Shown: piece by piece, positions 39,151 through 48,435 of the stretch
How positions within the stretch are numbered: position 1 is the stretch's first letter
How the letters are laid out: every line of letters begins with the position of its first letter
NCBI GenBank assembly: GCA_047947115.1
Contig: CP170459.1
Coordinates: forward strand, 1,152,001 to 1,216,000
Length of the DNA: 64,000 nucleotides
Source of the DNA: Verrucomicrobiota bacterium
GTDB lineage: Bacteria > Verrucomicrobiota > Verrucomicrobiia > Limisphaerales > AAA164-E04
Reading direction: 5' to 3'
The notes under the pieces: model-generated
What the model was told of the DNA's origin: nothing
The model's input: the letters and a program-made list of their open reading frames with translations, nothing else
Database searches by the model: none
Made by a program: the position numbers and the translations under genes

Positions 39151-40664
39151 ACTTCATCACCGGAAAATATTCCAGATACGTTTTGAGCCTGTTCATGGTG
39201 ATCATGTTCGCGTGTGCCGGTTTTGTTCAGAAGGGGATGAACCATTCTCGTGCCGAGATGGGGTTGACCCGTCTGCAGCCGCTTGAAAACGCTCCTCCGG
39301 TTTTGGCGTTCACCACAGTGGCCCTCGGAGGATTTCGCGGTTTGATCTCCAACATGCTCTGGATCCGCGCCACGCAGCTTCAGGAAGACGGCAAATATTT
39401 CGAAATGGTTCAGCTCGCCGACTGGATCACCAAACTTCAACCGCACTTTGTCACCGTTTGGGTGCATCAGGCCTGGAATCTGGCCTACAATATTTCAGTC
39501 AAGTTTCCCGACCACCAGGATCGCTGGTTGTGGGTACAGCGGGGCATCGAGTTGTTGCGCGATTACGGACTGAAATACAATCCTCAGGAAACCCTCATCT
39601 ACCGCGAACTGGCCTGGTTTTTCCAACACAAAATGGGCGCCAACCTCGACGACGCCAACATGCTTTACAAAGCACAATGGGCCTCTGCCTGGGATGAACT
39701 TCTCAAGGATGGCAAACCTGATTACGATGTCCTGCTTAATCCACAGGAGCCCGAGGACAAGGAACGGTTGCGTATCATGTTTGAAGTTTACAAGACTGAT
39801 CCGGCTGTCATGCAGGAGGTCGATCAGGAATATGGCCCCTTCGAATGGCGTCTTCCCGAAGCGCACGCCATTTACTGGGCTTACCTTGGTCTGAAAGTTT
39901 CCGAACGTGAGAAGGATTACATTCAGTTGCGACGCGTCATTTTTCAAGGCATGCAACTGGCCTTTCTGCGAGGACGCATGATCGAATTTCCTGTCGCCGT
40001 ACCAGATGAACCGGGCGAATTCACCAAAGCCTACGAATACGGACCCAACCTCGAGATCATTGACAACACCAATCGCGCCTACGAAGAAATGATGGCTGCC
40101 GAAGAACAGTATTTCGACAACATCGGGACCGCCCACAAGAACTTCATCCGAACCGCCATCTATTTTCTCTACACCCACAATCGCATGGTGGAAGCCGAGA
40201 AATGGTATGACTACGTCCGCGAGAAATATCCGGATTCCATCGAAACAAGCCTGGAAGAATATGTGTTCGCACGAGTCGAGGAAGAATTTGGCAGCACTTC
40301 CCAGGATCGATTGAAAGCCATGCTGATGGGCTTTCTCGAGCGGGCCTTCCTGGATCTCGCAGTTGGGCAGGATGAGAAGGCCGTTGCCGGTGAATTGCTC
40401 GCCCGCAAGATGCGCAATCGCTACTACGATCAGATCACCGAAAGCCAGATCGCTCGCATCAAACTGCCGACCATCCAGGAAATGAAAGCCGAGCTTCTGG
40501 TTCGATTGCTTGATCCTGAAGAAGGACTCAACGAAATGCTGGTGCAACAACTTCGCACCCGACTGGGTTTGGCGGATGACTACGATCCCAAAGCAGCCCT
40601 TGGCGCTCTCAAGGCAAATCAACCGGTTGAGGAGCTGGAAGGACCACCGCCACCCGAGCTTTGA
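39147..40664 (+). CDS. Membrane-anchored hypothetical protein (helical/TPR-like)
   Basis: Single N-terminal TM; LGGFRGLISNMLWIRA...WITKLQPHF..VW..QAWNLAYNISV; ATGA-coupled to the permease. Confidence 0.8.
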   Translation: MNFITGKYSRYVLSLFMVIMFACAGFVQKGMNHSRAEMGLTRLQPLENAPPVLAFTTVALGGFRGLISNMLWIRATQLQEDGKYFEMVQLADWITKLQPHFVTVWVHQAWNLAYNISVKFPDHQDRWLWVQRGIELLRDYGLKYNPQETLIYRELAWFFQHKMGANLDDANMLYKAQWASAWDELLKDGKPDYDVLLNPQEPEDKERLRIMFEVYKTDPAVMQEVDQEYGPFEWRLPEAHAIYWAYLGLKVSEREKDYIQLRRVIFQGMQLAFLRGRMIEFPVAVPDEPGEFTKAYEYGPNLEIIDNTNRAYEEMMAAEEQYFDNIGTAHKNFIRTAIYFLYTHNRMVEAEKWYDYVREKYPDSIETSLEEYVFARVEEEFGSTSQDRLKAMLMGFLERAFLDLAVGQDEKAVAGELLARKMRNRYYDQITESQIARIKLPTIQEMKAELLVRLLDPEEGLNEMLVQQLRTRLGLADDYDPKAALGALKANQPVEELEGPPPPEL

Positions 40665-40817
40665 GAAAGTTGCGTCGTCTGCAACTTTCATCCAGCCTCA
40701 CTCTCGTCCTGGAAGCAGGACTCATGCATCAAAGAAGCAACACTTCTCGTTGAAGTCAGCAATCGATCCTTTTTAGAGTTTCTCCCAGCCCAAAGGTGCG
40801 ATATATTCACCCACATC

Positions 40818-41099
40818 ATGAACACAATGACACGTCAACAGGTGTTGGATATGTATTTTATGGACGCCCGGCATAAGCTGATCGATCTGGCGGCTTTTCT
40901 GGATCGGGTGGATCGGTCGGAGGGCGAGGATGACTTTCGGATTCAGGCCTTTCGGGAAGCCATGCAGCATTTGGGATCGGGTGATACGGATCGCGCGGCC
41001 AAGGTTCTCATGACCTTCAGCGACCCGACTACGGAACCCATTCCGGCCGCCACCACCAAAGCAGCGTGCGGTGCCTGGCCCGGAGCAGACAACGGATAA
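40818..41099 (+). CDS. Small hypothetical protein
   Basis: YFMDARHKLIDLAAFLDRVDR; co-oriented with and directly upstream of the TatD-like gene. Confidence 0.7.
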   Translation: MNTMTRQQVLDMYFMDARHKLIDLAAFLDRVDRSEGEDDFRIQAFREAMQHLGSGDTDRAAKVLMTFSDPTTEPIPAATTKAACGAWPGADNG

Positions 41100-41138
41100 G
41101 AACAAATCGGGAACCCATTCAAACCAAGGATATTTGAC

Positions 41139-41945
41139 ATGCGATACATTGAACCCCACGGACACATGGTCAGCCGCACCACGGACGATTACCTGGCCAT
41201 GGTCACTGCCGGATGCCAGGCCGTCTGCGAACCCGCTTTCTGGGCGGGCTTCGACCGAAGCTCTGCCAATGGATTTTACGATTACTTTTGTCAGCTCACC
41301 GAACACGAACCCAAGCGCGCCGCCAAGTTCGGTCTTCCACATTATTCCTGGCTCTGCATCAATCCCAAGGAATCCGAAGACATCAAACTCGCCGACGATG
41401 TGCTGGCTTTGATTCCCGAATTCATCGACAAACCCAATGTTTTGGGTATCGGCGAAATCGGTCTGAACAAAAACAGTCGCAACGAATTGATCGTTCTTGA
41501 AAAACACATCCAGATTGCCGCCGAAAGCGATCAACTCATCCTGGTTCACACCCCGCACCTGGAAGACAAATACAAGGGTACCCGTTTGATCATGGATGCC
41601 CTGAAAAATGATTCCCGCATCAAACCCGAACGCTGCATCATTGATCACGTCGAAGAACACACCATCGGCATGGTGCTGGAAGAAGGTTTCTGGGCGGGCA
41701 TGACTCTTTACCCCGAATCCAAATGCAGTCCCAGCCGCGCCATCGACATGTTGGAGCGATTCGGCACCGAACGCATCTGGATGAACAGCGCTTGCGACTG
41801 GGGCATCAGCCGACCCCTGGCAGTCCCGCATACCGCTTTCGAAATGAAACAACGCGGCCACACCGCCGACTGGATCGACAAGGTGACCTTTCAAAATCCC
41901 ATCACCTTCATGAGCCAGTGCCCCAAATTCAAAATCAAACCTTGA
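41139..41945 (+). CDS. eboB: TatD-family hydrolase, EboB-like
   Basis: EPHGHMVSRTTDDY, EPAFWAG, GIGEIG, VHTPH, IDH, NSACDWG; next to eboE. Confidence 0.8.
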   Translation: MRYIEPHGHMVSRTTDDYLAMVTAGCQAVCEPAFWAGFDRSSANGFYDYFCQLTEHEPKRAAKFGLPHYSWLCINPKESEDIKLADDVLALIPEFIDKPNVLGIGEIGLNKNSRNELIVLEKHIQIAAESDQLILVHTPHLEDKYKGTRLIMDALKNDSRIKPERCIIDHVEEHTIGMVLEEGFWAGMTLYPESKCSPSRAIDMLERFGTERIWMNSACDWGISRPLAVPHTAFEMKQRGHTADWIDKVTFQNPITFMSQCPKFKIKP

Positions 41946-42191
41946 TTCGATATATTACGTTCATCAGGTAGGGCATGCCCTGCTGGCGTGTCCGTGGCTC
42001 TTGTTCATCTGGAGCATTGGATTTCCCTTTTTCACAGAAGTTCTCTCTTATGTTGCCTTAAAATCTGGTACATTCTGTTCATCCTGTCTGAAAACAAAAT
42101 CCACTGCAGCTCCACGCCTACCATTTGGCTTGCGAAAATGGTCTGTCTTCCTACATCATCATCCCGGACCAATTAACAATTCGAATCTGTT

Positions 42192-43364
42192 ATGAAATTG
42201 CAACACGGGCTGCATCTTGCATACTGCACGAATATCCACAGGGGGGAATCCTGGGAAAAAACCTTTCAAAACCTAAAGACTCACACCATGGCAGTCCGTC
42301 GCAAGGTGGCTCCCGATCAACCTTATGCCATCGGATTGCGACTCGGCGAAGAGGCTGCTCGTGATCTGAGCCAACCTGCCAACCTGAACGGTTTCAAGGC
42401 CTGGTTGGAACAAAACGACTGTTACGTATTTACCATCAATGGATTTCCTTACGGCAAATTCCATGGTACACGCGTCAAGGAAGACGTGTATCGTCCTGAC
42501 TGGACCACTCCCGAACGCCTGGCATACACCAATCTGCTATTCGACATTTTGGTCGAACTGCTACCCGAAGGCGTGGAAGGCAGCGTCAGTACGGTGCCGG
42601 TTTCCTACAAAGAATTCATCACCAGTGATCGCCAAGTCAAGGAAGCCCGTAAGAACATCTGGAAGTGCATCGAACACCTCGAACACCTCACTGCCCGTAC
42701 CGGCAAAAAACTGCACCTGGGACTCGAGCCCGAACCCATGTGCTATTTGGAAACATCCACCGAAGCTACGAAGTTCTTCGAACAAATGCGCCATGACCGC
42801 AAAGGAGATCTGCGCATCGATGAACACTTGGGCATCAATTACGACTGTTGTCATCTGGCGATCCAGTATGAAAATCCCAATGAAGCGCTTGGACGATTGG
42901 TCAGCCACAAAATCAAAATCAGCAAAATCCACCTCAGCTCGGCGCTCAAGGTCAATCCGACCATGGAAGTGCGGAAAGCCTTGCAAAGCTTTACCGACGA
43001 AGTCTATTTCCATCAAGTCATCGAGCGCCGTGTCGGAGGTGAGTTGGTTCGATACCGCGACCTGCCTGATGCTCTGGCAACGGAACCGATCCACGCGCCA
43101 CACCTGCCTGAAGAATGGCGCATCCATTTCCACATACCATTGCATCACCTGCCTGTCGGACTCTACGACAGCACCGTGGATCACCTGATCGGCACCCTCG
43201 ATTTCCTAAAATCCCATCCGGGGATCTGTTCCCACCTGGAGATGGAAACCTACACCTGGGAAGTCATGCCTGACTCCATGAAACAACGCAATGTGGTGGA
43301 CCAATTGGTAGACGAGTACCATTGGACACTGGAACAACTGTCAAGGCACGGCTTGATGGATTAA
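42192..43364 (+). CDS. eboE: Metabolite traffic protein EboE (xylose-isomerase-like TIM barrel)
   Basis: LAYCTNIHRGE, TINGFPYGKFH..VKEDVY.PDW, LEPEP, WRIHFHIP, HLEMETYTW. Confidence 0.9.
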   Translation: MKLQHGLHLAYCTNIHRGESWEKTFQNLKTHTMAVRRKVAPDQPYAIGLRLGEEAARDLSQPANLNGFKAWLEQNDCYVFTINGFPYGKFHGTRVKEDVYRPDWTTPERLAYTNLLFDILVELLPEGVEGSVSTVPVSYKEFITSDRQVKEARKNIWKCIEHLEHLTARTGKKLHLGLEPEPMCYLETSTEATKFFEQMRHDRKGDLRIDEHLGINYDCCHLAIQYENPNEALGRLVSHKIKISKIHLSSALKVNPTMEVRKALQSFTDEVYFHQVIERRVGGELVRYRDLPDALATEPIHAPHLPEEWRIHFHIPLHHLPVGLYDSTVDHLIGTLDFLKSHPGICSHLEMETYTWEVMPDSMKQRNVVDQLVDEYHWTLEQLSRHGLMD

Positions 43365-43379
43365 GGAGCGTCCAATCAA

Positions 43380-43600
43380 AAAGGTCATAGAACCAATCTG
43401 CCTTCAGTCGCAGCCACAATCGTTCTATAGGATTGAAATCCGGAGAAAAGGCAGGCAGATACAGGTTCGAAATGATGCCAACTCAGAGATTCGGACTCGT
43501 ACCAAGAAGCGTTGTCCATAATCAGCAGTTGGCTCTGGCCAATCTTTTTTGGTATGGCCTTGGCCATTTGATCCAAATAAAATTGGAATACGCAAATTGC
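43380..43600 (-). mobile_element. IS630-family transposase relic (frameshifted fragment)
   Basis: LIMDNASW in one frame, then YLPAFSPDFNPIERLWLRLK in another (DDE_3 motifs). Confidence 0.8.
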
Positions 43601-43804
43601 AATTTCTTTTGGCAATCACTTTAACCTGGTTAGAATTGACTGCCGGTTTACTCATGAGCCCACACCTTTCAAAACTGCTGACTCCATCTGGACTGCGGTG
43701 GCGCGACTCCGCTCTGGATACCATCCGGAAAGGTCACAGCTTTCTCCTGACAGTTCACATTCGCCACCCCCAAAAAGCTCACCGCAATCAAGTCCTTCAC
43801 CAAA

Positions 43805-46171
43805 TTACCTCACCACCCTAAAGAACACCTGCTCAGCATTGGAATCGATCGCCTGCTCATAAGTTGATTCCGCATTGTCAACCGGAATCCAGGGACCGGT
43901 GATGGAAGTGGCACGCTCCAGTTTACCAATGAAATGGATGCTGATGTTTTGATCCACACGCTCGAGTTCAATGAAAGGATCAAAGAAATCCACAACCGGC
44001 AGTTGGTAAACTTTGACGTTATCAAACAATCCGAAGCTCATGAACTCATTATCCGAGACGGAAGAAAACCAGTCACTGTAACCTAGAAAAATATTTCCGC
44101 TGTCATTGAATGGAGCGGTGTCCTGGGTGGCAACGGCGATGTCGGTTCCATTCATGCTCCAGGTGACTTTATCGCCAATCTTGAGCAGTTGCACCCGCAC
44201 CCATTCAAAGGCGACTTGTCCTGCCGAGGTTTCACCTGCCTGGTTGGCAAACTCCGTTACCTGAGATTCAGGAGCTGTTTTTCCCGCCGGGAAGATGGAC
44301 CCATAATAGTCATTGGTGCTGTCTTGTGTGCCTGCCGGATACACGCCCGAGTCTTCCGTCAAAAACACATTGTTCAGAAAGAAACGGAAATCACGGGAGG
44401 AACCGCCTTCTCCAGTGACAATGAACCATGCACCGTCAGATTGATCGTCACCTACCTGCACATGATCACCCGATGTCCCGATACCCGCAGCGGCAAATTC
44501 GGTCGAACCGCCACCTCCACCTGGAAGTGGGCCGTTGACATTCATCCAGAGATCAAACACCAGTGCATAATCCCCCGCAAAACTTTGGCCGTTTGGGCTC
44601 GCCATGATGTGCGCCGCAGCAACTTCGATTTCGTTCGCTGTGAATTTCAGACCTTTGGTTGAACCGTCCCCGGAGCCGGGAGCTGACGGGATACCATCCA
44701 CCGAGTAGTCATAGGCAAAACTGACGGTGGTGTCGCTTGAACTTTGGTTAACGGTCCAGTTCGATGAAGTATCGGTATTGAAATCGTCACTGAAAGTAAC
44801 AATCGCATCGGCGAGCACATCCGGTTCCGGGATACCTTTGTCTCCGTTGTCGAGCAATGGAACAAAAGCGTACTTGCCTGAGCTGGTATTATAAAGATGA
44901 CTGGGGTTCAGAACCAGTTCGATCACTTCATCAAGTTCTTCCTCTGCATCGTCTATGATGGTCAGAACGATTTCTGCTTCGCTGGAACCGGCGGGGAACG
45001 TCACTTCCAAAGAGGACGGTGCTTCAAAATCACTTCCGGTTGTGGCGGAACCTTCCAAACGGTAGGACACCGTCAATGGCGAAGAAGTTGAACCTGATCG
45101 CGTCAACTTGAATGCGATGGAAGCATCTCCTTCGCTAACCGGAGCAGGTTTGAAAACGTCGAGTTCAAGTGTCTCGTCCCGGACTATTTCTCCAGGAACC
45201 GATATATTGACAACTGGCGGTGTGTTGTTGGCGTTCAGTTGCACGACCCGCAAATTGTCGAAGATGACAAAATTTTCTTCTCCCGGATTGGCGATGGACG
45301 AGAATGGATCGGTATAACCAATCATGACATTTTTGCCGGCGAAAAGGGACTTGTCGTCGTTGATGATTGCAATGATCTGACCGTTCATGATCCATGTTAC
45401 TGTGTCCCCTTGGCGGCGTACCTCCACCGGCACCCAGCCTTTACCCGGTGCGCCTTTGGTTTCATGAGGCGGGAAGGGAAACACACGTTCCATGGGACCA
45501 CCGGTAAAAGCATTATACTCACCGATGCCGTCCCCGTCCATGTCGGTGAATCCGTGGCGATCTGTTTGTTCATCGAGGAATTCAGGCTCTCCAAATCCAT
45601 CACCCGCATAGGCTCTGAAATCTCGTGAAGCCCCGCCTTCACCGGAAACCGCGAAGAACGTTCCGTCACCATCCAGAGCTTCATTTCCACTTAAATACGC
45701 CACCCAATTTCCCGATTGCCCAACTCCCATGGTGGCCAGTTCTGTGGTGCCCGAGCCGCCCGTACCATAAGATGAGCCGTTATAGCTCATGAACATTTCA
45801 AATCGCAGAGCGTGATCTCCATCAATGGAAAGGTTTGCCGGGAACAAGCTCACTGCAGCAGCACCGGCATCATCGTCCGAATTGACTGATAACCTGAGCC
45901 CAAGGGTGGTGTCGCCATCATCAAACGGATTCTTTGGCACCGGCAACCGGTCGACCACTGCGCCCCTTGTGACTGTGAACTCATCCGTCGTGTAATCATG
46001 TGCGAAAATAACGGTGGCATCCGGAATTTCATTGATGCTCTCATCGATGACAATCCAATCGGCGGACGTATCCGTATCGAAGTTGTCAGAGAATATTTCC
46101 TGGCCGCGGGTAGCCGGGCCTATTACCTGACCCATGAGGATTGTCAATAGGAGTGCGAATCGTGTTTTCAT
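43805..46171 (-). CDS. Secreted protein with two homologous beta-sandwich domains flanking a Calx-beta domain
   Basis: Signal peptide; repeats FSDxFxTDTS..W...GEGGxSRDFR...GYxDxFSS...FDN; Calx-beta LTVSY..GSATTGSDF...IIDDAEEELDE. Confidence 0.82.
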   Translation of the reverse strand: MKTRFALLLTILMGQVIGPATRGQEIFSDNFDTDTSADWIVIDESINEIPDATVIFAHDYTTDEFTVTRGAVVDRLPVPKNPFDDGDTTLGLRLSVNSDDDAGAAAVSLFPANLSIDGDHALRFEMFMSYNGSSYGTGGSGTTELATMGVGQSGNWVAYLSGNEALDGDGTFFAVSGEGGASRDFRAYAGDGFGEPEFLDEQTDRHGFTDMDGDGIGEYNAFTGGPMERVFPFPPHETKGAPGKGWVPVEVRRQGDTVTWIMNGQIIAIINDDKSLFAGKNVMIGYTDPFSSIANPGEENFVIFDNLRVVQLNANNTPPVVNISVPGEIVRDETLELDVFKPAPVSEGDASIAFKLTRSGSTSSPLTVSYRLEGSATTGSDFEAPSSLEVTFPAGSSEAEIVLTIIDDAEEELDEVIELVLNPSHLYNTSSGKYAFVPLLDNGDKGIPEPDVLADAIVTFSDDFNTDTSSNWTVNQSSSDTTVSFAYDYSVDGIPSAPGSGDGSTKGLKFTANEIEVAAAHIMASPNGQSFAGDYALVFDLWMNVNGPLPGGGGGSTEFAAAGIGTSGDHVQVGDDQSDGAWFIVTGEGGSSRDFRFFLNNVFLTEDSGVYPAGTQDSTNDYYGSIFPAGKTAPESQVTEFANQAGETSAGQVAFEWVRVQLLKIGDKVTWSMNGTDIAVATQDTAPFNDSGNIFLGYSDWFSSVSDNEFMSFGLFDNVKVYQLPVVDFFDPFIELERVDQNISIHFIGKLERATSITGPWIPVDNAESTYEQAIDSNAEQVFFRVVR

Positions 46172-46736
46172 GAGTTTTACAATAATCAATATTTAATGTG
46201 GTCAAAGATTAATTCTGAAGTTCGAATGTGACGAGTCCTTTTATCCCTTAAGGTTATCGGAACTTGTGACGGAGGCTGTCAATCCGATCTTGCTCAAACG
46301 GAATGATCCCGACGATTTGCCGGTGCGAACAGCTCTTGTTTCACTCATGATTCTCGGGATCGCACATGACGTAACCAGGGACTCTATTTCTGAGCTCGTG
46401 AGGGACGCTGCCAAACTTGTCATGGTTTATTATCCAACTCGATCAATCCTTGACGTGGAAAACAAACATCGTCCTTAACCAAGAGACGTGGAACAAGAAA
46501 AACCCCGGTGAAAAAATATGACCGCACTGCCAATGCGTTCTCTGCATGCCGTTAAACATGCCTGAATCACGGCACTGAAAGTTTGTTCAACTTAATCATC
46601 GGTTCTCAATATTTGGAAATAAACTGTTCCAGCGCTGGTGATGTCTTCGTATTGGATCAAGCAGCAAGGAAGGACCCGTTTGGCTTGGGATCGGGTGAGA
46701 GGCGTAGATGGTTGTTTTCAAAGTTCAAAATCAACC

Positions 46737-48182
46737 TCATGCCAAAATATCCCGGACAACCGTTCCGTGGATGTCGGTGAGTCGGAAGCGGCGACCCTGG
46801 AATTTGAAGGTGAAGCGTTCGTGGTCGATGCCCATGACATGCATCAGTGTGGCTTGAAAGTCATGGATGTGGACCGGGTTATGGATGATGTTGTAACTGA
46901 AATCATCCGTCTGTCCATAGTTGATGCCCGGTTTGATGCCGCCTCCTGCCATCCAGATGGAAAAGCATTTGGGGTGATGATCGCGTCCGTAATTGGTTTG
47001 GGTCAGCTCGCCTTGTGAATAGTTGGTACGCCCGAATTCGCCTCCCCAGACCACCAGTGTTTCGTCCAGCAATCCACGTTGCTTGAGATCCGTTATCAGG
47101 GCGGCGGAGGCTTGGTCGGTGTCTTTGCATTGACGTTCAATGCCAGCCGGCAGGTCGTCGTGCTGATCCCACCCTCGGTGGTAGAGCTGAATAAACTTCA
47201 CCCCTTTCTCTGCCATGCGCCGCGCTAACAGACAGTTGGCTGCAAAGCTGCCGGAATCGCGGGATGCCGGGCCGTAAAGATCAAAGATGTGATCCGGTTC
47301 GTCCGAGGTGTCGGTGATGTCCGGAACCGATGTCTGCATGCGAAAGGCCATTTCGTATTGAGCGATGCGGGTTTGGATTTCCGGATCGTTGAACTGTTGT
47401 GCCTGACCTTCCTGCAGGCGACGGAGGATGTCCAGTTGTGCCTTGCGATCTTGGAAACCCACTCCTGGAGGGTTGTTGAGATAAAGAACAGGGTCTTTAC
47501 CAGATCGGAACTGCACCCCTTGATGTTGTGAGGGAAGAAATCCGTTGCCCCACAGACGTGCGTAGAGCGGCTGACCATAACGTTCCTTGGTGATCAGGAC
47601 GATGAAGGCGGGCAGGTTTTCATTGTCACTGCCCAATCCGTAATCGATCCACGAACCAATCGCCGGACGCCCCGGGAATTGGGATCCGGTCTGGATTAAA
47701 GTGGCGGCGGGATCGTGATTGATTGCGTCAGTGTGCATTGAGTTGATGACGCAGATGTCATCTGCAATCTTGGCCGTGTGCGGGAGCAGACTGCTAAACC
47801 AAGTGCCGGACTGTCCATGTCGTGAGAAAGGGAATTTGGAACCGGCCATGGGAAAGGAACTTTGACCGGCGGTCATCCCGGTCAGGCGTTGACCTTGTCG
47901 CACGGAATCGGGAAGTTCCTGGCCGTGCCGTTGGTGTAGAACGGGTTTGTGGTCGAAGGTTTCGATTTGGGAAGGTGCACCACTTTGAAACAGGTAAATC
48001 ACGCGCTTGGCCTTGGGCGCAAAGTGCGGCAGATCGGGCAAACCTGAAGGGGATGTTTGTGCTGCCCAGCTACTTTGCCTGAGCAGGGAAACCAGGCCCA
48101 GTGAACCCAGCCCACTGGCTGATTCGGTCAGGAAAGCCCGACGACTCTGTTGAATCCATTCGTTGTTATTTCCGGTTGTCAT
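46737..48182 (-). CDS. DUF1501 domain protein (Tat signal)
   Basis: [42 protein letters not shown]. Confidence 0.92.
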   Translation of the reverse strand: MTTGNNNEWIQQSRRAFLTESASGLGSLGLVSLLRQSSWAAQTSPSGLPDLPHFAPKAKRVIYLFQSGAPSQIETFDHKPVLHQRHGQELPDSVRQGQRLTGMTAGQSSFPMAGSKFPFSRHGQSGTWFSSLLPHTAKIADDICVINSMHTDAINHDPAATLIQTGSQFPGRPAIGSWIDYGLGSDNENLPAFIVLITKERYGQPLYARLWGNGFLPSQHQGVQFRSGKDPVLYLNNPPGVGFQDRKAQLDILRRLQEGQAQQFNDPEIQTRIAQYEMAFRMQTSVPDITDTSDEPDHIFDLYGPASRDSGSFAANCLLARRMAEKGVKFIQLYHRGWDQHDDLPAGIERQCKDTDQASAALITDLKQRGLLDETLVVWGGEFGRTNYSQGELTQTNYGRDHHPKCFSIWMAGGGIKPGINYGQTDDFSYNIIHNPVHIHDFQATLMHVMGIDHERFTFKFQGRRFRLTDIHGTVVRDILA

Positions 48183-48239
48183 AGGGGGTGGCTCAAATTT
48201 AAAGGAAACCCGTCAAGCATTCATGAACGCTTTAGCGCC

Positions 48240-48393
48240 GGTAGGGATGCGCTGCTGCGCGTCCGCCAACGTGTTCGAATCTTTCAACACTTTCATATTG
48301 TTCCTGCGTTTTGGTTATAACACGCATCCATCTGATATTGAAAAATGGTAAAGTTCTTTCACGCTCATGGACCTGCGGCAGCAGGTCCCTACC
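48240..48393. repeat. Inverted doublet of GTAG-type REP-like palindromes
   Basis: GGTAGGGATGCGCTGCTGCGCGTCC ... GGACCTGCGGCAGCAGGTCCCTACC. Confidence 0.8.
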
Positions 48394-48435
48394 AGGTCCT
48401 CTGTGTAATGCGTTTCTCATTTTATGTCTCAAATC

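Noticed and set aside
39495..41894. Long minus-strand ORFs (398 aa and 373 aa)
   Set aside because: Antisense shadows of well-supported plus-strand genes; no recognisable motifs.
46241..46478. 70-aa ORF containing GIAHD (H-box-like)
   Set aside because: The context does not match a HisKA helix and there is no other support for coding.
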